DNA of 64,000 bases, taken from NCBI RefSeq assembly GCF_020745735.1, contig NC_083408.1, forward strand, positions 75,236,484 to 75,300,483, in the 5' to 3' direction. The notes under the pieces are model-generated. The model was not told the DNA's origin. It made no database searches and saw nothing but the letters and a program-made list of their open reading frames with translations. The first letter of the stretch is position 1; the number at the start of each line of letters is the position of its first letter. Made by a program: the position numbers and the translations under genes. This document shows positions 62,930-64,000 of this stretch, piece after piece. The DNA comes from Hemiscyllium ocellatum. Taxonomy: Eukaryota.

Positions 62930-63494
62930 TCAAAGTTTGTGCGAAGATTTGTAGCTCGGGTGCTTGTTATAGTGGTTCTGTTCGCCGAGCTGGAAGTTTT
63001 TGTTGCAAATGTTTCGTCCCCTGGCTAGGAGACATCATCAGTGCTGTGGAGCCTCCTGCGAAGCGCTTCTTTGATATTTCTTCCGGCATTTATAGTGGTC
63101 TGTCCTTGCCGCTTCCGGGTGTCAGTTTCAGCTGTCCACTGTAGTGATTGGTATATTGGGTCCAGGTCGATGTGTCTGTTAATGGAATTTGTGGATGAAT
63201 GCCATGCCTCTAGGAATTCCCTAGCCAGACAGAGAACAGCCAGGGAATTCCTAGAGGCATGGCATTCATCCACAAATTCCATCAACAGACACATCGACCT
63301 GGACCCAATATACCAATCACTACAGCGGACAGCTGAAACTGACACCCGGAAGCGGCAAGGACAGACCACTATAAATGCCGGAAGAAACATCAAAGAAGCG
63401 CTTCGCAGGAGGCTCCACAGCACTGATGATGTCTCCTAGCCAGGGGACGAAATGTTTGCAACAAAAACTTCCAGCTCGGCGAACAGAACCACTA
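62930..63494 (-). mobile_element. Near-perfect palindromic Penelope (Poseidon-like) mini-element with GIY-YIG C-terminus and two hammerheads
   Basis: 253-bp arms 62970-63222 / 63242-63494; AREFLEAWHSSTNSINRHIDLDPIYQSL on both strands; TSD cagtaacttatat at 62917-62929 and 63495-63507. Confidence 0.9.
63420..63459 (+). ncRNA. Minimal hammerhead ribozyme motif (mirror copy at 63005-63044 on minus strand)
   Basis: GCA-CTGATGA-T-GTCTCCT agcc AGGGGAC-GAA-ATGT-T-TGC; stem I GCA/TGC, 7-bp stem II; helix III appears decayed from ACGT. Confidence 0.75.
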
Positions 63495-64000
63495 CAGTAA
63501 CTTATATATCTCAGTCTTAAACATATACAATGACCGGGCCTCCATAGCCTTCTGTGACAAGGAATTTCATAAATTCACCACTCTGAAGACATTTCTCCTT
63601 TTCTCCATTCTAAAAGGTCTTCCCTTTACTCAAAGGCTGAGCCCGTGTCCTAGTCTCTCCTACCAATGGAAACATCACCCCAACATCTATTCTGTCCGAG
63701 GCCATTCAGTTTTCTGTATGTTGCAATTATATCCCCCCTCATCATTCTAAACTCCATCAAATATAAATCAGTCCTCAAACATTCTTCATGTTAAGCTTTT
63801 CATTCCTGGGATCGTTCTCGTGAACCTCCTCTGAACACACTCCAAGACCGGTACATACTTTTAAGATATGGGGCCTAAAACTGTGCACAATACTCCAAAT
63901 ATGGCCTGACCAGAGAGGTGAGGATGTGGAGGGATTGCAGAAGAGAATTCCAGAATGCAGAGCCTAGGCTGCTGAAGGCATAGCCATCAATGTGAGAATG

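Larger units (their letters stand above)
62622..64000 (-). mobile_element. L2-like LINE 3' end (62622-62790, 63915-64000) containing a CR1 3' fragment (62791-63914)
   Basis: caacaacaacttgtattcttatag end; CR1 tail tagaccataagacataggagcagaaattaggccattcagccc; CR1 body continues after 63495. Confidence 0.65.

Noticed and set aside
63025-63439. Two near-identical 132-aa ORFs on opposite strands as a gene pair
   Set aside because: Product of the PLE palindrome; half of each ORF is antisense GIY-YIG sequence
1-64000. CRISPR array or prokaryotic operon/retron system
   Set aside because: Spliced vertebrate gene context; no regularly spaced repeats; all RT sequences are of CR1 or PLE type

Overview
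Vertebrate genomic DNA, most likely an elasmobranch (shark), judged from HE1/V-SINE-like SINEs, abundant CR1 LINEs and Penelope-like elements. The window lies inside one gene on the minus strand, the kinesin-11 gene KIF26A (KIF26B is the alternative). Eight coding exons with canonical GT-AG sites and matching phases were reconstructed between 59807 and 24398; the 5' exons and the terminal exons were not found in the window. The introns are packed with often nested retroelements: CR1, L2-like, Tx1-like, tRNA/V-SINEs and LTR-like remnants. The most notable signal is a set of about 13 Penelope-like (PLE) insertions from at least four sequence groups. They carry minimal type-I hammerhead ribozyme motifs (CUGAUGA..GAA-ACGU/AGCU-H), and most have 9-18 bp target-site duplications. 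Six are fold-back (inverted) mini-elements whose inverted arm always lacks the terminal 32-42 nt, and truncation or inversion breakpoints cluster at the hammerhead. A candidate in-frame alternative first exon of KIF26A lies at 55130-55231.
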